From Chloroflexota bacterium (lineage in GTDB: Bacteria; Chloroflexota; Anaerolineae; UBA4142), in assembly GCA_037440365.1 (NCBI GenBank), contig JBBIUF010000006.1:10134-74133 (forward strand): 64,000 nucleotides of DNA, written 5' to 3'. A program made the translations under genes and the position numbers. Positions 56,606 to 64,000 of the stretch are shown here, piece after piece (the first letter of the stretch is position 1; every line of letters starts with the position of its first letter). Below the pieces are notes generated by a model. That model worked only from the letters and a program-made list of their open reading frames with translations. It made no database searches and was not told where the DNA came from.

Positions 56606-58057
56606 ATGAGTATCGTAGCCAATCAGCCCGAACCATTAATTTTTGAAATCAGCGCACCCGGTCGCATCGGCGCAGAATTGCCAGCGTGTGACGTGCCGCT
56701 AACGGACTTGCCCAAGAATGTGCGCGCCGAATTGAAATTACCCGAAGTCTCTGAACCCGATGTCGTACGCCATTTTACGCGGCTCTCGCAAAAAAATTAC
56801 TGCGTCGATCTCGGCATCTATCCGCTCGGCTCTTGCACGATGAAATACAATCCCAAGATGAACGAAGAGGCCGTCAAACTGCGCGGGTTTTCGCTCATCC
56901 ATCCGTATCAAGATGTCTCGCAAGTGCAAGGCGCAATGCAGTTGCTGTTCGAGTTGCAAACGATGCTCGGCGAAATTACCGGCTTGCCGGCGACGACGCT
57001 GCAACCGGCGGCGGGCGCGCAAGGCGAGCTTGCCGGGATCTTGATCATTCGCGCATACCACGTAGCGCACAAAGACAAAAAACGCATCAAGGTCATCGTT
57101 CCCGATTCGGCGCACGGCACAAATCCGGCAACCTCGTCCATGTCCGGCTTTCAAGTTGTCCAAGTCAAATCGGACGCGCGCGGCAATATCGATCTAAACG
57201 AATTGCGCGCGCTCGCCGACGAGACCACCGTGGGCTTGATGATCACCAATCCCAACACGCTGGGTCTGTTTGAAGAGAACGTCCGCGAAGCGTGCCAGAT
57301 CATTCACGATGCGGGCGGCTTGGTTTATGGCGACGGCGCCAACCTCAACGCAATCGTCGGCGTCGCACGTCCCGGCGATCTCGGCATTGATGTATTGCAC
57401 AGCAACTTGCACAAGACGTTTAGTGTGCCACACGGCGGCGGCGGTCCCGGCGCCGGCGCGGTGATGGTGCGCCAAGACCTCGCGCAATTTTTGCCGGGTC
57501 CCAATGTTGTAAAAAAAGGCAAACAGTACGCATTTGCCATGCCGAAAAAATCCATCGGGCGCGTCAAAGCGTTCTATGGCAATTTTCTCGCGCTCGTCCG
57601 CGCGTATGTGTACATCCGCTCGTTCGGCAAAGAGCATTTGCACGAAATTGCCGAGAACGCGGTGCTCAACGCCAATTATTTGCTGGCGAAACTCAAGGAC
57701 ACGTACAGCGCGCCGTATGGCAATCGTCCATGCAAACACGAGTTTGTGTTGACGGGCACGCCGTTCGTCGAAAAGTATGGCGTGCATACGCTCGACATTG
57801 CCAAACGAATCGAAGATTATGGGTTCTATCCACCGACGATCTACTTTCCGTTGATCGTGCCTGAATGTATCATGATCGAGCCAACGGAAACGCAATCGAA
57901 AGCGAGTCTCGATGAATTTGCGGACGCGCTGATCAAGATCGCAGAAGAGGCGGCGACCGATCCGCAACTGCTCCACGATGCGCCGCACAATGCGCCGATC
58001 ACGCGCCTGGATGATGTCAAAGCCGCGCGCGAGCCGGTGCTGTGTTACAAAGATTAG
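56606..58057 (+). CDS. gcvPB: Glycine dehydrogenase (decarboxylating) subunit 2
   Basis: Start chosen at MSIVANQPEPLIFE, 1 nt after the gcvPA stop. It has LGSCTMKYNPK and the PLP-Lys context NLHKTFSVPHGGGGPG. Confidence 0.9.
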   Translation: MSIVANQPEPLIFEISAPGRIGAELPACDVPLTDLPKNVRAELKLPEVSEPDVVRHFTRLSQKNYCVDLGIYPLGSCTMKYNPKMNEEAVKLRGFSLIHPYQDVSQVQGAMQLLFELQTMLGEITGLPATTLQPAAGAQGELAGILIIRAYHVAHKDKKRIKVIVPDSAHGTNPATSSMSGFQVVQVKSDARGNIDLNELRALADETTVGLMITNPNTLGLFEENVREACQIIHDAGGLVYGDGANLNAIVGVARPGDLGIDVLHSNLHKTFSVPHGGGGPGAGAVMVRQDLAQFLPGPNVVKKGKQYAFAMPKKSIGRVKAFYGNFLALVRAYVYIRSFGKEHLHEIAENAVLNANYLLAKLKDTYSAPYGNRPCKHEFVLTGTPFVEKYGVHTLDIAKRIEDYGFYPPTIYFPLIVPECIMIEPTETQSKASLDEFADALIKIAEEAATDPQLLHDAPHNAPITRLDDVKAAREPVLCYKD

Positions 58058-58071
58058 GGTTCTGAAGAATG

Positions 58072-58107
58072 GAGCCGCGATGATGATTCGTCGCGGCTCT
58101 TTTGTTT
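58072..58107 (+). terminator. Rho-independent terminator of the gcv operon
   Basis: GAGCCGCGA (58072-58080) pairs with TCGCGGCTC (58091-58099), followed by TTTTGTTTC. Confidence 0.8.
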
Positions 58108-58146
58108 CTGAGCAGTGAAATCTGGGCTTGACATTCAAGGAGCAAC

Positions 58147-58749
58147 ATGGAAGACCATCTTCGTAAATTGTTCTGGTATCTCAATCGCTATTTCATGGTC
58201 CCAATGTTTCGGCTGGGCTTGGGACAATGGCTTGGCACACCATTCGGCGGATACATCATGGTCTTGAAAGTGATCGGCAGAAAAACCGGCAAGACTCGGT
58301 TCGTGCCAGTGAACTATGCCATTGAAAATGGACTTGTCTATTGTATTGCCGGCTTTGGCAAGATCAGCGATTGGTATCGCAACGTGATCGCGCGCCCCAG
58401 CATTGAAGCGATATTGCCGAGCGGGACCATCGCCGGTGGCGCGGAAATCGTTACCGACGCGGCAGAACGATTACGCCTGATGCGCCAAGTGTTGATCAAT
58501 GGCGGCTTTGCCGGGTTTGCGTATGGCTATGATCCGCGCACCGTTTCGGCGGAACAATTGCTCGAAACGACGCGCGATGTGCCGCTCATTCGGATTCGTC
58601 CAATCGGCATCGGCAATGGCGCAGGCGATCCCGGCGGCTGGATGTGGATCGTGAGTATCGCCGTGAACGTGGCATTATTTGTTTGGCTTGGACGCAACTT
58701 GCAAAAACGTAAACCAGGTTGCGACTGCTATCAGGCTCCAGCTAAATGA
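58147..58749 (+). CDS. Deazaflavin-dependent nitroreductase family protein (DDN/DUF385-like) with a C-terminal TM helix
   Basis: 200 aa with LNRYFMVPMFRLGLG...VLKVIGRKTGKTRFVPVNY...ISDWYRNVIARPSIEA, matching the F420H2-dependent oxidoreductase family pattern. Confidence 0.7.
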   Translation: MEDHLRKLFWYLNRYFMVPMFRLGLGQWLGTPFGGYIMVLKVIGRKTGKTRFVPVNYAIENGLVYCIAGFGKISDWYRNVIARPSIEAILPSGTIAGGAEIVTDAAERLRLMRQVLINGGFAGFAYGYDPRTVSAEQLLETTRDVPLIRIRPIGIGNGAGDPGGWMWIVSIAVNVALFVWLGRNLQKRKPGCDCYQAPAK

Positions 58750-58979
58750 TCCACCAACCACTTGGCATGCCCGTTGCCGTTGGTCGCACCGCCGAAATTT
58801 TTGCGTGGGACGCTGGGCACGTTTTGAAATTGGATCACACTTGGTGTCCGGCAAATTGGGTTGAGTATGAATCGAAAATCGGATGCATCGTGCATGCCGC
58901 TGGCTTGCCCGTACCTGCCATCGGCGAAATCGTCGAGCACGCTGGCCGACGCGGCATCCTCTATCTTTTGCACGACTAA
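58746..58979 (+). pseudogene. Truncated N-terminal fragment of a phosphotransferase (APH/choline-kinase fold) family gene
   Basis: Only 77 aa: VGRTAEIFAWDAGHVLKL...VEYESKIGCIVHAAGLPVPAIGEIVEHAGRRGILY. This matches the N-lobe of the family, and the ORF then stops. No catalytic HxDxxxxN or DxD region follows. The sequence downstream turns AT-rich. Confidence 0.6.
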
Positions 58980-59164
58980 AACCGGCGCTGCCACAGATAT
59001 GTAAATTTATTCCTTACTCGCAATTGAAAAAGAAGGTAACGGAAATCGCTGGATTGATCAAATACATGAAACCAGAGTTTATTGACGAAATTGCTGAAAG
59101 TTGCGAACCTGATGAATTGTAGTTTGCTTGGCGTGAATAGAATATTTCAGGCACAAATTTCAAT

Positions 59165-59193
59165 TTGACCAACGCGTCAACCCGTGCTATAAA
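59165..59193 (+). promoter_or_regulatory. Candidate sigma70-type promoter of the aspS T-box leader
   Basis: TTGACC (59165-59170), a 17-nt spacer, then TATAAA (59188-59193). Confidence 0.5.
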
Positions 59194-59199
59194 CGATGC

Positions 59200-59409
59200 A
59201 ACGCGGTGATGGACAGAGTACGCGAATCTTCAAGTTTAGAGAGTCGTCCTTGGCTGAAACGACGACCTTGAACTTCGCCGAACGACACTCCGGAGCGTTA
59301 CGGTTTGCTCCCGTTATCAAGCCGCAAGGCGATAGAAAATCTATCGCGAAAAAAGGTGGCACCACGAGAAATCCTCTCGTCCTTTTACGGGCGAGAGGAT
59401 TTTTATTTT
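59200..59409 (+). promoter_or_regulatory. T-box riboswitch leader (probable Asp specifier) with terminator
   Basis: Stem I base: AACGC (59200-59204) pairs with GCGTT (59295-59299). It has a GA/K-turn-like GGUGAUGGA, AGAGUA, an AGAGA bulge (59238-59242) and a distal GCUGAAA loop. The specifier-loop 3' side is GAA-C-GAC-A (GAC at 59284-59286, purine at 59287). The T-box sequence is AAAAAGGUGGCACCACGAG (59355-59366 core). The terminator is AATCCTCTCG pairing with CGAGAGGATT (59370-59401), followed by TTTTATTTT. Confidence 0.8.
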
Positions 59410-59503
59410 GTAACCGTTCGCTAGGACCCCGGCGAGCGCAGAAAATATTTTTCTATTCACGTTCATCCGCGTTCATCTGCGTCCGCTATCACTGGAGGTT
59501 GTC

Positions 59504-60886
59504 ATGGGACAAATTCGCACCACCCAACTGCATGAACACATCGGCGAGCGCGTCACAGTACATGGCTGGCTCCATCAACTCCGCGCGCTTGGCAAAATCA
59601 ATTTCGTGATCGTGCGCGATGGTTATGGAACCGCGCAAGCAATGACGCAAGACGCAACCCTCGTTGCGCCTCTGCGCGGTGTGCAAAATGAAAGCATCAT
59701 CGAGATCACCGGCTCCGTCATGGCAGAAGCACAAGCGCCGGGCGGCATCGAATTGCACGACATTGTCGTGAGCGTGATTACGCCAGTCAATGACTCACTC
59801 CCTTTTCCGATCAACAAACCCGTCATTGCCGCATCGCTCGATGTGTTTCTCGATCACGCCACGGTCGCACTGCGTCAGCCACGCCGGCGCGCGCTCTTGC
59901 GTATTTCAGCCAGCGTCATGGCCGCGTTCCGCGAATATCTCGGCGCCGCCGGCTTTACCGAAATTCAATCGCCCAAACTCGTCGCCTCGGCAACGGAAAG
60001 CGGTGCAAATGTTTTTGCTGTGGATTATTTCGGCACGCGCGCCTATCTCGCACAATCGCCGCAATTTTATAAACAGATCATGGTCGGCGTGTTCGAGCGC
60101 GTGTTTGAAGTGGGTCCCGTATTTCGCGCCGAGCCGCATGACACAACGCGCCACGTGAATGAATATGTAAGCCTGGACGCCGAGTTTGGCTTTGTCGAAA
60201 ATCATTTCACGGTGATGGCGATGCTGTCAGGCGTGATTCGGCACATCATCAACACCCTCGCTGAAAAAAATAAATTCGAAATAGAAATGCTTGGCGTGAA
60301 ATTGCCGGAATTGAATGTCATTGCGAGCGAAGCGCAGCAATCCCCAACTTCCAACGCGGAGATTGCTGCATCGCAAACACCGCTCCTCGCAATGACAAAC
60401 CTTTTTCCGCACATTCATTTCCGCGACGCGCAACAATGGATCTATGAAACCCACGGCGACGATTGTCGCAACGAGCCGGACCTGGCTCCGCAACACGAAC
60501 GTTGGCTGGGCGCTTGGGCGCGCGAAAAATTCAATTCCGATTTTCTCTTCGTCACCGGCTATCCGATGGTCAAGCGACCATTTTACACACACGCCGATCC
60601 AAACGATCCGAAATATTCCAATTCGTTCGACCTGATCTTTCGCGGGACTGAACTGGTGACCGGGGGACAACGCTTGCATCGCTACGAGGATTATCTCGCC
60701 GCGCTCGCTCGCGCCAACCTGCCGGTTGAACCCTTTGCGTATTATCTCGAAACGATGAAATTCGGAATGCCGCCGCACGGTGGTTTTGCAATTGGTCTCG
60801 AACGGTTCGTGATGCAACTCTGCGGCTTGCCAAATTTGCGCGAGGCAACCATGTTCCCGCGCGATACGCACCGCCTTGCTCCATAA
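59504..60886 (+). CDS. aspS: Aspartate--tRNA ligase, archaeal/type-2 (class IIb)
   Basis: 460 aa with an OB-fold N-terminus (RVTVHGWLHQLRALGKINFVIVRDGYG), motif 2 FRAEPHDTTRHVNEYVSLDAEF and motif 3 GGFAIGLERFVMQLCGLPNLREATMFPRDTHRLAP. It carries an 81-nt palindromic insert (see 60316..60397). Confidence 0.88.
   Translation: MGQIRTTQLHEHIGERVTVHGWLHQLRALGKINFVIVRDGYGTAQAMTQDATLVAPLRGVQNESIIEITGSVMAEAQAPGGIELHDIVVSVITPVNDSLPFPINKPVIAASLDVFLDHATVALRQPRRRALLRISASVMAAFREYLGAAGFTEIQSPKLVASATESGANVFAVDYFGTRAYLAQSPQFYKQIMVGVFERVFEVGPVFRAEPHDTTRHVNEYVSLDAEFGFVENHFTVMAMLSGVIRHIINTLAEKNKFEIEMLGVKLPELNVIASEAQQSPTSNAEIAASQTPLLAMTNLFPHIHFRDAQQWIYETHGDDCRNEPDLAPQHERWLGAWAREKFNSDFLFVTGYPMVKRPFYTHADPNDPKYSNSFDLIFRGTELVTGGQRLHRYEDYLAALARANLPVEPFAYYLETMKFGMPPHGGFAIGLERFVMQLCGLPNLREATMFPRDTHRLAP
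60316..60397. mobile_element. MITE-like palindromic element inserted in frame within aspS
   Basis: The terminal inverted repeats are TGTCATTGCGAG (60316-60327) and CTCGCAATGACA (60386-60397), 12/12 bp. An inner pair is GCAGCAATC / GATTGCTGC. It encodes 27 in-frame codons, VIASEAQQSPTSNAEIAASQTPLLAMT. Confidence 0.6.
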
Positions 60887-60897
60887 GGGAATCAAAC

Positions 60898-61347
60898 ATG
60901 GAAAATAAATTTGATCTGCATCCGATCTCGGCTGCCGAAACCCGCGCCTTGCGGCACCGGGTTCTGCGCCCAATGCAACGCCCCGACGAATTGGTTTATC
61001 GCGGCGATGACGCACCCGATGCGTTGCACGCGGGCGCATTCTGCAATGGCGAGTTGATTGGCATCGCATCTGTTTCGCGCGAATCACCACTCGACGAAAC
61101 CAATCCGCGCGCGTGGCGTTTACGCGGCATGGCAACGCTTCCGCAATTTCAACGCCAGGGCGTGGGACGCGCGCTGATCGACCTGTGCCTCGCGCACATT
61201 CTTGCTCACAACGGAAACCTGATTTGGTGCCATGGGCGCACCTCGGCGCGCGCATTCTACGAGTCGCTTGGCTTTTACGCAACCGGCGACGAGTTTATGG
61301 CGCCTTTGAGTGGTCCGCATTTCGTTTTTCGACGCACTCTGCCTTGA
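60898..61347 (+). CDS. GNAT family N-acetyltransferase
   Basis: 149 aa with the acetyl-CoA binding motif RGMATLPQFQRQGVGRALI. Confidence 0.8.
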   Translation: MENKFDLHPISAAETRALRHRVLRPMQRPDELVYRGDDAPDALHAGAFCNGELIGIASVSRESPLDETNPRAWRLRGMATLPQFQRQGVGRALIDLCLAHILAHNGNLIWCHGRTSARAFYESLGFYATGDEFMAPLSGPHFVFRRTLP

Positions 61348-61434
61348 CCGAATCAGTCGTCTTGCATTCGCCGCCCATTTGCCATTGGCGCATAAATCGG
61401 TAGAATAACCGCACCTTAAAAATCGGGAGTATGA

Positions 61435-62892
61435 ATGCACTATCGTTTTACGCCCATTGTTGCAATGATCCTCATGACACTTGCCGCGTGTGGCAACCCG
61501 CCGCAATCCAACAACGATCCAGCACCCACCCCTGCGACAACCAAAATTTTTGTCACGGCAACGCAAATCCCCGTAACCCCCACGCCGTTTTCAATGACAA
61601 TTGTGGATCGCTATACCGTGCGTAACGGCGACACGCTAGGCGGCATCTCGCAACGCTACAACATTGCGCTCGAAGACTTGATGAAGCTCAACGGAATCAC
61701 CAATCCCAATTCACTCCAAGTCGGACAGCAAATTAAAATCACGGTGACGGTCAACCGCCTCGCACCCAATGCAAAATTGATTCCAGATAGCGAAGCCGTT
61801 TACAGCCCCGCATATGAAAAATTCGATGTCGCCGCCGTCGTGAGCCAGTCTAATGGTTATCTGGCTTTATACCGCGAAAAAGTGGAAGGCGAAATGTTGA
61901 CCGGCGCGCAAATCGTCCAACTCGTCGCGGAACGCTTTAGCGTCGGTCCGCGTGTTTTGCTTGCGCTGATCGAATTACAAAGCGGCTGGGTCACGAACGC
62001 GAACCCGGCGCAAACAACATATCCGATGGGCTTGGTGGATGGTTCACGACAAGGTTTGTTTTTGCAAACAAGTTGGGCGGCGAATCATTTGAACGAAGGT
62101 TATTACGGACAGTTGACGGGCCGCCTCGGCGCATACACCTTCAAGGATCGCACCCGCGCGCGGATGAATCCTGGGATCAATCCTGGCACCGCCGCCATTC
62201 AAAATATGCTTGCGCTCACAGCCACCTGGGACACCTGGCAAAATCTGATCGGCAACGATGGATTCAGCGCAACCTACCGCAAATTATTCGGCGATCCAAA
62301 TCAGTTTGCGATTGAACCGCTCATTCCACCCGACTTGAAACAGCCGCCCCTGCGCGTGCCGTGGGGCGACGGCGAAATGTGGTATTACACGGGCGGACCG
62401 CATAGCGGCTGGGGCGATCAAGCCGCGTGGGCGGCGGTAGACTTTTCGCCGCGCGACACGCCGGGCAGTTGCATCGCCTCGCGCTTGTGGACGATTGCAT
62501 CGGCGTCTGGCAAAATCATCCGCGCCGAGCACGGTCGCGTAATCGAGTCGCTGAACAACAATGATTTTCAGGGCAAGGGCTGGACGCTGATGTACATGCA
62601 CATGGCAACCATCGGTCGCGTGACAGCTGGCACATCCGTCAACACCGGAGATCACATTGGACATCCATCCTGCGAAGGCGGCACTGCCGAAGCCAGCCAC
62701 GTGCATTTTGCGCGGCTCTACAACGGTCAATGGATGGATCCAACGACTTTGCCGTTTATCGTTTCTGGCTGGGCGATCACGTCATTGGATCAAGAATATG
62801 AAGGCAACATGACACGCAACACCGAAACGCGCCCAGCGTGCAACTGCCGCGATGATGCCAAGAATGGAATTGTCGCAGACACGGGACAATAA
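61435..62892 (+). CDS. LysM domain-containing M23-like peptidoglycan metallopeptidase (lipoprotein-like N-terminus)
   Basis: 485 aa with the lipobox-like LAAC. The LysM domain is YTVRNGDTLGGISQRYNIALEDLMKLNGITNPNSLQVGQQIKI. The C-terminus has AVDFSP and ASHVHFARLYNGQWMDP (HxH). Confidence 0.65.
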   Translation: MHYRFTPIVAMILMTLAACGNPPQSNNDPAPTPATTKIFVTATQIPVTPTPFSMTIVDRYTVRNGDTLGGISQRYNIALEDLMKLNGITNPNSLQVGQQIKITVTVNRLAPNAKLIPDSEAVYSPAYEKFDVAAVVSQSNGYLALYREKVEGEMLTGAQIVQLVAERFSVGPRVLLALIELQSGWVTNANPAQTTYPMGLVDGSRQGLFLQTSWAANHLNEGYYGQLTGRLGAYTFKDRTRARMNPGINPGTAAIQNMLALTATWDTWQNLIGNDGFSATYRKLFGDPNQFAIEPLIPPDLKQPPLRVPWGDGEMWYYTGGPHSGWGDQAAWAAVDFSPRDTPGSCIASRLWTIASASGKIIRAEHGRVIESLNNNDFQGKGWTLMYMHMATIGRVTAGTSVNTGDHIGHPSCEGGTAEASHVHFARLYNGQWMDPTTLPFIVSGWAITSLDQEYEGNMTRNTETRPACNCRDDAKNGIVADTGQ

Positions 62893-62929
62893 GCCCAACG
62901 CTCAATCCTCCGCCGATTGCATTCCAAAC

Positions 62930-64000
62930 ATGAAACTCTACTACGGTTGGATCGTGGTCACGGTTGCCTTTGCCACACTCCTCGTCTCACTTGGCATCCG
63001 TTTCACCTATTCGATTTTTTTCGTGCCGCTGACCCAGGAATTTGGCTGGGATCGCGCCAGCACCTCGAGCATCTTTTCGATCAGCCTGCTCCTCTTTGCC
63101 GTCGTCGGTCCGTTCCTCGGCAATTTGCTAGATCGCGTTGGGGCGCGCATCGTCTTTACGGGTGGAAGCATTATCCTCGGCGTCGGCTTGATCTTGAGCG
63201 GCACCACGCAATCGTACTGGCAAATGATTGTGTATTACAGTGTGATTGCGTCGCTCGGACTTGCCGCGCTTGCGCTCGGCATGCACGGCATTGTCCTCTC
63301 ACGCTGGTTCATCCGTAAACGCGGCTTGGCAATCGGCATTGCGTTTGCCGGTACCGGCATTGGCACATTTATTTTTTCGCCGCTCGTCGAACAGTTGATC
63401 GCGCAATCGGGCTGGCGCAACACGTATTTTGTTCTTGGCGCGATTGCACTCAGCTTGCTCGTGCCGATCAATGCGATCTGGGCACGCACACGACCGCAAG
63501 ACCTGGGCTTGTTGCCCGACGGCGACACCATCGTCCGCAAGCGCGATCCTCAACACAAACCATCGGCGCACACCGCGCGCACCGTGTTCCGCGATTGGCG
63601 TTTGTGGATGTTGCTCGGCGCGACGTTTCTTGCGCTGACCGCCGCGCGCATGATCGTCGTTCACGCCGTCGCGCATATGGTGGACGTTGGCTTTACGCCG
63701 CTGTTCGCCGCAACGGTGTTCGGCTCGGTCGGCGCAGTGCAAGCGCCCGCAACCGTCGTGTGGGGCTGGGTTTCGGATCGCATTGGGCGCGTGTGGGCTT
63801 TTGCACTCGGCTCGATCTGCGTGATCGCCGCCATTGGCATTTTGTTATTGCTCGAAGGCAATGCCAACCCGGCAATCGCCTGGCTCTTTGCGCTCGCCTT
63901 TGGCTTGGGCGATTCATCGCGCACCTCATTGCTCAACGCGCTCACCGCCGACTTGTTCGAGGGTCCCGATTTTGGCACGATCAATGGATACAACATTACC
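62930..64000 (+). CDS. MFS transporter (oxalate/formate antiporter-like subfamily); 3' end cut by the right window edge
   Basis: Absent from the track because there is no stop in the window. My translation from the ATG at 62930 is MKLYYGWIVVTVAFATLLVSLGIRFTYSIFFVPLTQEFGWDRASTSSIFSISLLLFAVVGPFLGNLLDRVGARIV... It stays open for 357 codons to the edge with MFS-type helices. Confidence 0.8.
   Translation, partial: MKLYYGWIVVTVAFATLLVSLGIRFTYSIFFVPLTQEFGWDRASTSSIFSISLLLFAVVGPFLGNLLDRVGARIVFTGGSIILGVGLILSGTTQSYWQMIVYYSVIASLGLAALALGMHGIVLSRWFIRKRGLAIGIAFAGTGIGTFIFSPLVEQLIAQSGWRNTYFVLGAIALSLLVPINAIWARTRPQDLGLLPDGDTIVRKRDPQHKPSAHTARTVFRDWRLWMLLGATFLALTAARMIVVHAVAHMVDVGFTPLFAATVFGSVGAVQAPATVVWGWVSDRIGRVWAFALGSICVIAAIGILLLLEGNANPAIAWLFALAFGLGDSSRTSLLNALTADLFEGPDFGTINGYNIT

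Noticed and set aside
55402-58138. Minus-strand ORFs of 406 aa (55402..56622) and 314 aa (57194..58138).
   Set aside because: They are antisense to gcvPA and gcvPB, whose motifs are unambiguous. Their composition is Arg/Phe/Gly-biased with no recognisable domains.
58883-59122. 79-aa plus-strand ORF bridging the truncated phosphotransferase gene and the AT-rich patch.
   Set aside because: Its first half is an Arg-rich alternative frame of the phosphotransferase fragment. Only the last 30 or so codons look protein-like, and it has no start or RBS context. It is treated as part of the scar, not as a gene.
60227-61282. 351-aa minus-strand ORF spanning aspS and the GNAT gene.
   Set aside because: It is antisense to two supported genes. 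Part of it is simply the reverse translation of the palindromic insert (CHCEERCLRCSNL, LLRFARNDI).
1-64000. Scanned the intergenic regions for tRNA/rRNA genes, CRISPR arrays, transposases, integrases, toxin-antitoxin pairs and known defence-system signatures.
   Set aside because: None was found by eye. There are no spaced direct repeats, no T-loop/acceptor-stem patterns in the non-coding gaps, and no DDE, tyrosine-recombinase or serine-recombinase motifs in any long ORF. tRNAscan, cmscan and DefenseFinder runs would be the definitive checks.

Overview
This is a 64 kb stretch of moderately GC-rich, densely coding bacterial chromosome with about 60 supportable CDS on both strands. Its style fits a monoderm Chloroflexota-like organism. 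That placement is inference only, based on a T-box leader, a mevalonate kinase, long Pro/Thr/Ala lipoprotein tethers, a tungsten-type AOR, an H+-PPase and a MacAB-type exporter with no outer-membrane partner. From left to right the window contains: (1) a CDF transporter cut by the window edge, a patatin-like lipase and a YwiC-like membrane protein. (2) A minus-strand System I cytochrome c maturation cluster, ccmE-ccmF-(zinc-ribbon protein)-ccmC-ccmD, whose CcmE is the Cys-type (KCPSKY) variant. (3) An esterase. (4) A co-directional block of a MacA/MacB-type ABC exporter, two tandem paralogous membrane-anchored pentaheme c-type cytochromes, a TolB-like beta-propeller protein and two small secreted or membrane proteins. 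(5) A polar amino-acid ABC transporter fused in series with livG-livF, then a separately promoted livK-livH-livM. (6) An EamA transporter, an A24 prepilin-peptidase-like protein, a B-box zinc-finger membrane protein, recN and a PAP2 phosphatase. (7) Mevalonate kinase, a CNNM/CorC protein, a 777-aa PEP/pyruvate-binding-domain protein and a flippase-like membrane protein. (8) A minus-strand rhamnose operon, deoR-rhaB-rhaD-rhaA-aor-(class II aldolase). Its rhaA is visibly broken by an internal deletion plus frameshift, and an aldehyde:ferredoxin oxidoreductase sits where a lactaldehyde-handling enzyme would be expected. (9) Two membrane proteins, a MoCo-sulfurase-like class V aminotransferase, a metallophosphoesterase, a 1040-aa Ser/Thr kinase-STAND-TPR protein and a K+-independent H+-pyrophosphatase. 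(10) The glycine cleavage operon (small unknown gene-gcvT-gcvH-gcvPA-gcvPB). (11) A deazaflavin-dependent nitroreductase-family protein, a truncated phosphotransferase gene and an Asp-type T-box leader in front of an archaeal-type aspS. (12) A GNAT acetyltransferase, a LysM/M23 peptidase and an MFS transporter cut by the right edge. I saw no rRNA, tRNA, CRISPR array, transposase, integrase or recognisable defence island, and I do not see a clear-cut novel multi-gene system. The most unusual things I can support are listed here. First, an 81-nt palindromic MITE-like element is inserted in frame inside aspS. Second, a different two-hairpin repeat is present both after recN and inside the mvk coding region. 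Third, the rhamnose operon combines an AOR with a decayed rhaA. Fourth, the tandem pentaheme cytochromes and the beta-propeller lie next to a variant Ccm system. Fifth, there are several promoter-proximal or intra-operon terminator structures. Many long Arg/Gly/Cys-rich ORFs in the six-frame track are antisense shadows of real genes and were rejected.
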